Origin: Lingula anatina
Taxonomy: Eukaryota > Animalia > Brachiopoda
NCBI GenBank assembly: GCA_051362555.1
Contig: CM120640.1
Coordinates: 44,742,788-44,806,787, forward strand
DNA length: 64,000 bases
Direction: 5' to 3'
This document shows, one piece after another, positions 52,039 to 64,000 of this stretch. The translations under genes and the position numbers were made by a program. How positions within the stretch are numbered: the first letter of the stretch is position 1; each line of letters starts with the position of its first letter. Below the pieces are notes generated by a model, which was not told the DNA's origin, searched no databases, and saw nothing but the letters and a program-made list of their open reading frames with translations.

Positions 52039-55000
52039 CACTTTTACATATGTGTCTTGTTCATGTGTATGTATTTGATGATCATATTTATTAAATTTTA
52101 TCCCATGACAAAATATTGAGTAAATTGTTTTCAGTTTGAAATGTGAAAATTTGATACATGTTATTTTCAATTTGCAGGAATCACTGGGGACCCATGGCGT
52201 ATAACGGTTGAAGACCGGTCAAAACATGACGCACAGTTCTTTCAGCTCAAGCCTGTGTCTGGCTTTATTACTGGTAATGTGCATAAGTGGAAATATTCAC
52301 AGGGCCCAAGATAATGAACAAGAAATCAATTTTAGTCATAGAATGTTGCAAGGCTGGAGATAAATGCCATTTTTGTGGCTGCTAGGGGACAAAAGAACAG
52401 ATCTCACTTTGTTGATTAGATCCAGTGTAAAAAGTTAATTAATGACATTTGGAGCTGTACTTGTTTTATATTGATGAAGTTTCAAATGAGGTAAAAAATG
52501 GATGATATAATTCCTTGATAAAACCATGGGTTAGATATTCAGATATTTTCCACTTAACATGACTATCTAAAAAGACATGTGGCATATGTGTTTACTCTCT
52601 TAACTCAAGCCTTGCTATTAAAAAAACTAACTAGCCTGCAACTTTAATTTCTATGCCTGTTGTTAATGTTCAAATGTCTTCTTTTAAGATCTGTGTGAGA
52701 TGAGCAGCTGTGTGTATTATTGTTATTGATTATACATCCTGTATTGAAATCTGGGTTCTTTATTATTATTATCACTATTATTCTCAGGTCACCAGGCCAG
52801 GGGGTTCTTTATCCAATCTGGGTTACCACAGCAAGTTCTGGGACAAATCTGGTAGGTCTGTGCTCTCATGTAATGTACTGGGAGGCATAATACAGGAACG
52901 ATCAATAGGAACTTTTAGTTGTGTTTCTTGTTCAACCCTCTGTCTGCCTCCATTCCATAATGTTGCACTGGGGCTGATTCAAAGTCAAGTTTGTGGGTGT
53001 AAAATAACATGAATACTTTTAAGGCACAAGGTGCAGACAGTATTGGTTTGATAGGTTGCTTTACTTTGTGGTATTTTGATATGAGGGTTAGTGATTAGAT
53101 GTTACAATATAACTGCTGGCTATGGTTAGCTGAATGTCTGCCCAGGCCAGCAAATCCTGAATTTATCTGAACAAATGTGTTTTTAATGCGATTTTTATTA
53201 AATTATCAAAAGCTTAGTTTTAAATACAATATTGAGTGACTGTCAATATCTGTATTTTTCTTTTCAAAATTGTTAGTGAATTAAAAAATAAATTGAAAGT
53301 TATGTAGCCTTAAGTGTTATCAGTATTATTATTATTATTTTATTTTCCTTTTAGGGCTCTAGCTGACATGAACAATGATGGAAAGATGGACAGGAAAGAG
53401 TTTTCTATTGCTATGCATTTAATCAAAAATAAGTTAAAGGGTTTGGAGTTGCCAAAAGTCCTGCCAGCTTCCTTGAAGGCAGACCCAGTGCCATCTGTGG
53501 GCTCCTTTGGCCCAGGTGGTGGCGGTGGATTGGGGATGAACCCTGGCATGGCCATGGGTATGCCAGCATCAGTTGGGATGGGAATGGGTAAGATGAGCAT
53601 TATTGTTTTGTTAAACATTAGTGCATGATATTAAGATTTCTTTATTCATGAAGTAATTTTGCCAAGGAAAGTAATTCATAAACAGGACTTAAGCTGTAAT
53701 TACATTACAGTAATTTTTGATGAATACCTTCTAAATCTCTGCTTAGCAGTTCAGCTCTATTTTAGGATATGTGCTAATTTTCATAAAACTACCTACTGAG
53801 ATATCTTTAACCAACAACTAATTTATAGAAAATCTAAAAATACTGAATAATCATTTTAATGCTTATTAAATCCTCAGGTCCAGGTCCTGGCATAGCCCCA
53901 CCCTCCTATACCAGTGTAGTGGCACCATCCAATGGATACATGATGGCACCTATGGGAAGTAAGTAATATCAATTTCAAAACAACCCTACCAATGATATGA
54001 TTATGATGACAGCAGAGTTTAAATACATAACCTAAGTTGTCATGATTAGAGTTTTACTAGCTGTATTTTAAGCATCTTTTATACTAGATGACAGATGTGC
54101 AAAAGAAGGAAAGTGAGAATGCAGGACACTAGTTTCGCTATTAGTTCATCAGAATAGGAAGTATTAACAAAGTGTATAATTTTGTTATATTAGGCAAAGT
54201 TAAACAAAATCTATTGGAGCTCTACGAAAAATCAACTCTGCTGTTAAATGAATTTAAAAGAAAGAATATTAGATAATTATATATTTTTGTGAAGAATGAT
54301 AGTAATATTGTCTTTTACATCAAGAGTGAGAATGTGAGTGAAAGTAGTATCATTTATGAATGTAGTATTTTTGTGTTGATTTTCTAAGAAAAGATAGAAA
54401 AGTAAAATGCACAAACTTTGATCTCATTCTCATAGGTGCCACTCTGCCCCATGGGTTTGGTGCCAGTGCTCCTATGGCAGGAGACAAAACCAGAGCTGGC
54501 TCAATAAACACTATGGACCAGAGGTAGAGTCTGGGGAGGGCAGTGAGGAAACACTTACAGCCATTTTTGACATGTCCTGTTTGTTAAAAGTCACAAATAT
54601 ATATTTTAATTTAATTTCCAAACATTAAGTTTTTATAGTGCTGTAAAATATTATTTTGATACACTTACGTAGTATTTTGTTTTTATGTATTGGAGAATGA
54701 TAAAAATATTGCTGTCAAATATCACAGTTACACTTTATTTTCTGTGACTAGGACCCGGTCTTCATCTAGCACTGGTGAATGGGCAGTACCACAGCAGAGC
54801 AAGCTCAAATACAATCAAACTTTTAACATGCATGATAGGATGAAAAGGGGATATCTCTTAGGTAATGTGTATACATATATCTCAAAATGCCTGCCTCTGA
54901 GAGCAGTATCAGTTAACTTTTCCTTCCACCATTCCTTGGCCCCAGTGTCTGTTAAAGATGTATATGCATTTACCAAAAAAAAAAAATAATAAAAAAAAAA

Positions 55001-58000
55001 ATAAATAAATTGTTGTTTTTACACTGCAAACATATTTTTTCTGTATCTTAAACCTGATGTTTTTAGGTGTTGAGGCAAGGGGTATTCTAATGCACACTGG
55101 ATTGCCGCATCCCATACTGGCACAAATATGGTGAGTTGATGAAATACAAAATAACTTCTTGAAATAAAGGCTGTATTTAACTGTGATTCCTGCTACTATA
55201 TACTTAGAACAGATTGTATATGAATTCCTTTGTCTGTGCCATTGTGAGTACCAGGTTTATTTTATGACCTCAGATTATTATTATATTTTTACAGACAGAG
55301 AGGATTATTTTGAGCTATCTGGTTTGAGATACATTCAAATAAAGTATTAGTAATTAAAGAAAAAAGTAAAATTTGAACAAAATGAAGAGATTTATTATAT
55401 GTTTCCAATGCTTTTTTCATCGTACTGATAAACACTGCAAAGAAATATGTATGAACATTTTCCAGGAACCTCTCAGACATAGATAAGGATGGCAAGTTGA
55501 CATCTGAGGAATTTTGCCTGGCAATGCACCTCAGTGATATGGCCAAATCGGGACAAACCCTCCCTGCCACCCTACCCCCAGATCTGTTACCCCCGTCCTA
55601 CAGGCGGGGTAGGTCTGGTAGTGCAGTGGGCATACCACCAGCAATGGCTGCCGGACCCACACAGCCCATGACAGGGGGTAAGGGAAATTGTTTTCTAGTC
55701 CTTTACTATAGACTTCATTCCAGCATGTAATTCTTTTTGCTCATGACTCTTCTTTGGGTACTTTTTACTTGGATATTTATAATTGAAAAATTACTGGGTC
55801 AAAATTCCCTTGTTTTTTGGGGACATTGTGATTGTATGCAGCGTTCGAAATTAACGGTGGCAAGAGGCAGTTTTGCCTCCTAGTTTAACCAAGTTGCCCC
55901 CTGGTCTGAAAGCCGGTGGCAAAAAGTTGCCTCCGAGAAATTTTGGAGACTGAAAATAAAGTTATTAAAAGTTTACCAGCAATCGATGTTTTACTTGCCT
56001 CCCACTTGTTTACTCCATGAAATGTTGGTTTTCCGAAGTTCTAAACATAGTTATGTGACCTATATAATCGCAACTGTTTGAGGCGCATGTGCACTACGAA
56101 TATGCAAATGACCTGACTAATGTTTATGTTACATCCGCGGCAAATTGAACTAATTGGGCGGCGGCATTTGCCCATTGGTTCCGAAAGTTTGCGCAGTCGC
56201 AGTGCACAGCTTCTCATTTCCGCCCAAAGCAAATCATGGACATCCGGAATTTTTTATGTTAGCCGAAGCGTAAAAATCCATCGGCTGCTACCTGTAATCC
56301 GAGCGAGAGCACTTCCACTGAGCAAGGTAAAAATGTGACATTTGTTTCATACAAATTGCAGCTAAATCTACGTTCCGTACACGCAGAAAACAGTCGAAGT
56401 AGATTTATTGAGGGTTTATCCTCGTGCTTCGTTTATTCGGTACTTTTGTAGTATACCCCCCCCTGTAACTTTCACTTTTCAAACAGTTTTTTACATTGCC
56501 TTGTTCATCTATGCTAAAGCTGTTGAAATAAAATGCTTTTGTAATTACCTGTGGTCTTGTTATTAGTTTTTAATCACGTTTAATCCAGCCGGATGACCGA
56601 CTGTCCATATTGAAATACAATGTGAAAATCTACAATGCACCCGCAGTCAGTAACTTGCCGCGTTTTCGTTGGCTAACTCTAAGGTAATTTCAAGTGAACA
56701 TAAGATTGCTACATTGTAAAATTGGACTTTCTCTGTGAAGTAATTTTGAGGTACTTGTTCACATGAAATTACCTTAGAGTTAGCCAAAGAAAAGTACCGA
56801 GTTTGCTTCAATTTTGAAGGTGATCTTCTTGGTAGAGACTTAAATACCCACTGTCAACTGCATGAGGGGGTTTTCTACCATGAAAAGGATTATGAACGAC
56901 GGGTGTTGCAATTTGGCAACCCCAACTTTGGACACATTAATGAGAGTGAAAATAGCTGGGCCTCAAGCCCTGAGAGAATATGACCCTAAACCTGCAGTTA
57001 ACAGGTGGTGGTTGACTGTCCAGAGAGAGGGCAAGGAGGCCAACTATCTTGCCTCATGGGCCTCACGCAGACCAGTAGTGATCATTAACTTGATGCTAGG
57101 GCTGAACTATTATCTAATTAAAGTTTGCCTCTAGGTGAGTCCAAGTTGCCTCCAACTTTCAGATCAGGGAGCAAGTAGTTGCCTCCTAGCAAAAAAGTTA
57201 ATTTCGAACACTGGTATGGCAAAAGCTAAAAATAATCTGCATCAATGAATTTTTACTGTGATGCTGGTTGAAATTATATTTGTTTATATGTTCAGCTTTT
57301 TGTGCAATATTTGTTTGATATTGCTTTACCTAAGCATTGAGTGTGATTATGCTTTATTGATTGAAATAAATTTTGGCAGAAGACTTAGGGCCTGTTCAGA
57401 CTATCAAATATGATGCCCACTTGACAATGGATTTCCTCCTCCTCTGCACACTGGCCCTGCAGGGGGCAGAGCAATTATATCTCTGCATGCTTTCAAGTGG
57501 GTCACTCCACATTTAGTCTGCAGATCATCTGGTTCTGAACAGGCCCTTAATGTTATGCTTTATGAAGCAGCATTCATTGTAGCAAGCTTTATCAGTACCA
57601 AGTGGAAACTCTGCTGAAATCTGACAAGGATCACACTAAAAACTTCAAAACTGATGTTTCTTACTTCATGTTATGGTTTACCAAAGTGAGCTTGAAGCAG
57701 TGTTATTTTCATTAAAAAAATATGTGCATATGTTATAGTGCAACTCTGCATTCTACAGCCTGTGTTCTATGTTCAAGTGTGTGGCTAACTTTCAGGCATG
57801 ACCGCCCAGAAGGACACATTTGGTGATCTGCTTGGTGGCTTTGGGATGGGACAACCAGCAGTCCCAGTTCCTGCACAGAATGGAGAAACTCTGCAGGATG
57901 ATTCCAAACTTGGTGGGTTTATTAAATCAGTGACTCAAGTTTTGTTGCAAATACTTGTATAGATTTAGTCTAAAGCTTTCCCCCATGGCCTATGCTACGC

Positions 58001-61000
58001 CTGTAATACCTGGAGCTCTTTCATTTGTGCTTGAATCTGTTAAAAGGATTGGAATTGCAGAACATTTGAATTGAATATCTTACTAACTAGAATATTGTGA
58101 TTGTTGCCATAATGTACATTTGTACACACTGCATGGGTATCTTGTGGGTTGAGTATGGGGTTTTGGTATTTATATTTTGGGTATCTTCTGGAGGTGACTG
58201 TGGGTTGTTGGTTGGTGTATTTTGGATATCTTCTGGGGTGACTGTGCATATACTTTTATTTCTCTGTATGATTAAGGGGTTTTGGTTACTACTGTATACA
58301 TAACAAAATGATTATTAAGATATGCTAAGTTTGTATTTGGTACCTAAATATGGCTAGGAAGACTTAATTTACATCCAAATATAAATAAATTTATATTTAT
58401 AGTGTTTTTTTTTTCTGGCAATACGAAATTGGTAATAAGTGGTCGTCTACATTGTTTATATCTATGTATGTCACACCAACGTGTTACAGAAATCAATACT
58501 ATTAAGAATCCTGAACATTAATGTTAATGTCTTAATTGTTTTTACTGTTATATGTCATAGTGATGTTGTGCTTGCATTTTTATTTTTATTCAGATGAAGG
58601 GACAGACCTCTCTGCATGTTAGTATTGTTGTGATTAACACCTCTGTAGCTTTCCAATTTTTACAACACCTTTTTTGATTCCACAAAGCAATATCAATAAC
58701 ACTACCATTCTGATAATAGACTTTGCTTTATTTTTACTTTCTAACTCAATAATCACTGTAAATATTTTGAACTTTCATAAAGTTAAATTTAAAGTTTTTT
58801 ATTGCTAGCTATTTTTTTTTAATTTTAAGATTTTTGAAATCAAGTTTGTTTGTGTTTTTTGATTGCATTGTAAAATAATTTATCCTTAGAATGGTTTATT
58901 TGTACATTCAATCACATTTATTTTCTTACTCATTACACTTAAATTTACCTTCCCTTGATTTTTTTATCTGTAGAAACTGCAATGATACAACATTGAAAAC
59001 AAACAACATATGGAGTATTACATTATGTGGGGCATATAAGCATAATTTTAGTTGCTAATAAATTGATTATTTGGCTTCAATAAGTTAAATCCGGGGTTAA
59101 GACTTTTAAAACAAGTTGATTAAGTATAAATTTTGGAAAATACTTGAAGCAAAGTCAAAACATTTTAAAACAATTGTATTACACAAAATTACTTGTTGTA
59201 TAATTCTTGTGTAAATTTGACATTTTTTATCTGCACACATCTCTTTGCTGTATCATTATATGTTTTTAAAAATCATCCATGAATTTGATTTCTGAGTGAA
59301 GTGCATTTTATTTCTTATTTTATAATTTAGCAGCACCTGCTGCACCAGGTATGTACTTCTGAAACAGTGCAAAGTGCTAATTTGCATGGTTTGAGCACAT
59401 TTATTTGATTAACTACTCCAATCAAAGAATTTTGATTATTCACAATTAGTGATACTAACAGTTGTGTGTTAGATTGATTTATAATAGTCCTGAAATTTTG
59501 AAATGATTGAACACCAATTTATCACATAATTAATGACACATTGATTTGGTTTAGCTATTTAGTGATGAGTCTTTGATGTGTTCTCTGTCTATTTATGTAG
59601 TCACATTTGAAGACAAAAGAAAGGAGAACTTTGATAAAGGCCAAGCTGAGTTGGAGAAAAGGCGAGCCTTTCTCAGAGATCAGCAAGAGAAGGAAAAGGA
59701 GGCTAGACTTGCAAAGGAAAGAGAAGAACAGGAGAAAAGGGAAAGACAGAGGTTAAGCATCAAAGGAATTATGAAATTCTTCTAAAAGAAGAAGAAACAA
59801 ATACCTACCTTGACTTTTGAAAAGCAAAAAGGTCCAAAAGAGTATAAAACTAGTGTTATATATATCAGTATTCAGGGGCGGATTTAGGCTGTCTTCTGGG
59901 TCTTCCAGAAGACGGTCAGATCTTCAAGTTTACATTGACGGGTATCTAATTTTTTCTGTTGGAAGACGGTCAAAATCGGAGGATTAATTAACAAAGTTAA
60001 TTTGGAAGACTGTCAGTAAATAGCTCTGGATCCGCCCCTGGTATTAAGAGGAACTTGGCAGGAAATCTGTTGACCTTTTCAAAGTAGGGGTTATAGAATT
60101 CTGTTGATTTTTATAGGCAAGAACAAGAAAGGAAAAAGCAGATGGAATTAGAAAAACAGAGACAAAAGCAGATGGAAATAGAAAGAGAGCGGGAAGAACA
60201 GAGGAGGAAAGCTATGGAGGCTAGGGAGGTGAGGTTATAAAACACATTCAACACAGCTTAAATTCCACCTACCATGTAGTATGGTATAGCTTATAAGAAA
60301 GTCATTCTTTTTTTTTTTTTTTTTTTTGTACATTTGACTCAAATACATACTGTTCTGTAAATTAAAAACTTCAGCTGTCTTTTGTGGTAGCTTTCATACA
60401 TCCAAATTTCTCAATACTGGCTACACTATTACATATAAGTTGAAATAAAATTGCACCATTTGTAATATTGTACTGTGTGTTTAACTTTAGGCTAATATTC
60501 TTTATAATTGTAGGCTGCCAGGAGAGAAATGGAAAGACAAAGGCAGCTGGAGTGGGAGAGACAAAGAAAGACACAGTTACTAGGTGAAAAGCACAGAGAA
60601 AAGGAGCAGGTTGATAACATGGAGGCCCAAGTGAGCAAATTGAAGTTTGACCTGGAAGCCCTGGTAAGTAGTTCATGTTCTTACAGTAATTTTTCAAAAT
60701 TTTTTCACTGCATCATGTGTCTGCTGTAAGTTGATGTGGTTTCATTTATTTTCACTGTATGTGATAACATGGTCCATAGTTATTTTCATGTTGATTGGGA
60801 TATTGTAATTTTTTGCAAAACTAATTTTCCATCTCATTTTGTCTTTCCTTGATAGTTAATTGTGCATTGACAATGTTGCTTTTATTAACAGGATACCAAA
60901 AAAGTTGAAATTGGCCAAAAAATTGGGCTAGCCAAGGTGCAAGTGACAGAATATACACAGACCATAGACCAAATGAGAGAGGTTAGGGATAGTAGACTGG

Positions 61001-63757
61001 CAGAAATAGAAAGACTGAACAGTCAGTTACAAAACTATAATCAGAGAATGCACTTTCTACAGCAAGAGAAAGAAAATTTGAATACCAAGCACCAGACTGC
61101 TCTTCAAAATAACCCCTTATGTAAGTTTGACTTTTAAAGCTGTTTTTAATATGTATTATAAGCTGAAAAACTTCCCCTTTGTCTTTTGATACCATCAATA
61201 CCATAGTATTAATTGCCATGAAATAGTCATGTCATATGGTCACAAATTTGTAATGATTTTTTTAATTAAATGGATAATTTTGTATGGAGTTATATTTCAT
61301 TTAGTATAAATTTCACTTTGGTTTTCTTATAATGAATATATCAATAGCAGTTTTGAGTTTCATTTTATTTGCTCTTAGTGTGACATGAATATGATTCTGT
61401 TTGTCTTTTTAGCGGATACATATAAAACAGTTTTACATACATATAATGCCAAAAAATCCAGTATAGAGGCTCTACGCCAGCAGCTACAAGAGTTAGAAAA
61501 TGACAAGGCCAGAAAATCAGAAGAACAAAGTAGTAACAATTCTCAATTAAGTGTAAGTTATTTAAACAAGAAAGAGCTAGTAGAAGTTTCAAAATTATGT
61601 TCAAAGTAACCTTGTCTTTTTCAATATTTATGCTTATTTTTACAGATAGACAGATTTCCTATATATCCAAAGTGCTAAAATTAAAGATGCAATTTTGAAT
61701 TCTGATTTTTAACAATAGTATATATATTGCAGGAAATGAATAGAAATGCTCAGGATTTAGAAAGAACTATTCATAGATTAAATAGTCAGCTACAGCAGAA
61801 ACAGCAGACATTTAGGGACTTGAAAAGGAAACGGGAACAGGAAGAAAATAATTTGCAAAGGGAAAAACAAGAAAAGATAAGGCGGGAAATGGAAGAGGCA
61901 AAGCAAAAGTAAGAACCAGTTGTTGATTAAGACATTAAATGAAATTGATGACATTTGTATTTAACAAATCCCAGTTAAACGGACTATCAAAATATTACAT
62001 TGTCCATCTATTTGTAACTGTGATAAATGATTTGTCCCATTTTAGGCAACTTCAAGAAAGACAGCAGAAAGAGGAATTGGAAAGGCAGCAGAGACTGAGG
62101 GAAGAGGAGGAGAGAAGGCAGAAAGGCAAGCTAAAATAAATGTGATTTTTTTCGCTAAAAAAAACTTTTTATTGTAAATATTATGAACAAATGCAAATCA
62201 AAAAAAAAAAAAAAAATTAATATTAATTCTTATACTGTAACAGATGATTTTGAAGTGTATGAATAGTATTTCACACTAAATTCTATTGAAATGAATTATA
62301 TTTGGTATTCTTTTTGCAGAAGAAAGTGAAAGACAGAAACAAGAAGCAGAAAAAAAGAAGCAACAGTCATCAGTATTCAGCAATGCATTTGATGCATTTA
62401 ATTCCATGTCCCAGCCAAACCAGCAGGATGTTTGGGGGGATGCATTTGGTTCACAGAGTCAAAAGTCCACATCAGATACTAATATATGGGGCAGTGCATT
62501 TGGTACACAAAGTCAAACACAGAATGACACATGGGCAGATGCTTTCAGTTCAGGTAACCAAAATGGTATGTATTTATATCGGTGAGTTAAAATTTAATAT
62601 TTAAGCCTGAAGCCAAATTTGTAAAATGAAAAATATAGTCATTGAAAAATTATATCTTGTAGAACAGTTAATTGCAAGTGGCTTTCTTATTTCTTCAATG
62701 AAATAGGAGAATTTATCTGTAAAACGTGAAGCAAAAAGTGATAGTGATAAGTTATTGTATTGTTTTTAGCAAAGAAGAAGGGTGTCAAGCATAAAGCCTT
62801 GTACAAATTTGAAGCCAGGAATGCTGATGAACTGTCTTTGGAAACAGGAGATATAGTTCAGGTCAGTGCACTTAATACAGCTCTTAGGGCATATCTTACA
62901 ATATAAATAAATTTATTTAGAAGATAGGCACAGTGTAGTTTTTATGAGTGCTCTGGTTATATTGATGAAGGTAAAATAAGTACCATGATGTTGCTTGAGG
63001 TGAGAAAGATAAAAACAATGATATCCACCTTTGAACCTTTTGATTTTATGCTCTCTTTGATTATGCATAATTTCTTTCTGAACATTCTGTCCCTGAACAG
63101 TGGTGCTGGAATGTTACAGTAGAGCCAGCCTCATGGAAAATAATTTAGTATAAAAGATCTATATTTGTTTACTAGGTATTCTTGGACACCACAGGTGAGC
63201 CGGGCTGGGTCCAGGGAGAGAAGAATGGCCAAGTCGGCTGGTTCCCAGAGGCTTATGTAGGGAAAGCGGAGGAAGATGATGTGCCATCTGTAGGACCTGA
63301 TCAGAACACAGTCACTACAAGGTGTGTTTCATTTTGATAATGCCATTCTTGCAAAAAAAAAAAAAAAAAAAAAAAAATACAACTTTACTGTGGAGTGTGG
63401 AAAGATAGAGCATAAAAGTAAATAAAATAAAATAAAATAAGTAATTATCTGCATTTACCAAATGTATTAAGATTAAAATTCTTCTCTCTGCCTTTCTTTG
63501 AAATTTCTTACCCTTTTTGTCATGTTGGTACTATGCTTATCAATAATATTTTGTTTTGGGCTTCTTGATCACTGCACATAGTGCCATTGCTATGCTGACA
63601 ACAAACGAAAGGAGAAATGTGGAACTATGTTTTCTTTTACTTTAGTAATGAGACTCACAGTAATCAAGATATGGGCCAGCAGCAAGTGGTAAGCCACCTG
63701 TCCACCTCAGAAGCTTCTTCATTTACTGCAGTAGCACAACATGCAGAGGCTAACCAA
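50300..63757 (+). CDS. ITSN1: Intersectin (EH-EH-coiled coil-SH3A), 5' part; the gene continues beyond the window
   Basis: ATG exon 50300-50318 (MAMQFG), EH1 exons 52178-52273, 52788-52851, 53355-53587 ([18 protein letters not shown]), EH2 exons about 54752-55677, coiled coil from 59601 ([21 protein letters not shown]; ERQRQLEWE), SH3A exons 62770-62861 and 63176-63321 ([14 protein letters not shown]...GEPGWVQG...GWFPEAYV). Probably the single ITSN1/2 pro-orthologue. Confidence 0.93.
55839..57213 (+). mobile_element. hAT deletion derivative with 5-bp TSD GTATG in an intersectin intron
   Basis: TIR CAG(C/T)GTTCGAAATTAAC, many TTGCCTCC subterminal repeats, hAT dimerisation-domain relic RGFSTMKRI...[12 protein letters not shown] (56862-57134). 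Confidence 0.8.
57388..57546. mobile_element. PIF/Harbinger (Tourist-like) MITE
   Basis: TTA|GGGCCTGTTCAGA...TCTGAACAGGCCC|TTA. Confidence 0.75.
59873..60040. mobile_element. hAT-like MITE with 5-bp TSD GTATT
   Basis: CAGGGGCGGAT...ATCCGCCCCTG, GTATT on both flanks, GAAGAC subterminal repeats. Confidence 0.75.
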
Positions 63758-64000
63758 GTAAGTGAAAACATGGACAACCCAGGAAGCATGTGAAGCATAG
63801 CTCAGTTTTGTGTCCATATTGAGCATGAAGGTTATTTATTTATTTATTTATTTATTATTTGAAAGACTTAAAGCAGAATTTGTGTTTCTCCAAATCTGGT
63901 GCCCTTTGCTAAAGAATTCTTCACTTAGCAATTTGGAATTCTCTAATTATACATAAGTATGCTGCATCAATATCTTTAAATGCAAAACTCAGATTTTGCT

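Noticed and set aside
62862-63175. Equivalent of the vertebrate neuronal SH3A microexon (VKGEW)
   Set aside because: The intron sits at about the same place in SH3A, but I found no frame-preserving microexon with convincing splice sites.

Overview
AT-rich, intron-rich invertebrate nuclear DNA, probably spiralian or mollusc-like (inferred from composition and repeat types only). It holds six spliced protein-coding genes, assembled by hand from splice sites. (1) A secreted astacin metalloprotease with a SUEL/rhamnose-type lectin domain, 16 EGF-like repeats and a PAN/apple-like domain (+). (2) An Amt ammonium transporter (-). (3-6) A compact cluster of MRPS6 (-), ATP5PO (+), CRYZL1 (-) and the 5' part of intersectin (+, running off the window), arranged as two head-to-head pairs. 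The same four genes are neighbours on human 21q22.11. Splicing oddities are a U12-type intron and a GC-AG intron in CRYZL1, and a GC-AG intron plus two candidate microexons in intersectin. Introns and intergenic DNA carry many DNA-transposon relics: Tc1/mariner, hAT-like elements with unusual 5-bp GTANN target duplications, and MULE-, Harbinger-, Kolobok-, Ginger- and Helentron-like MITEs. There may also be a decayed family-B polymerase fragment. Coordinates were counted by eye and may be off by a few bases.
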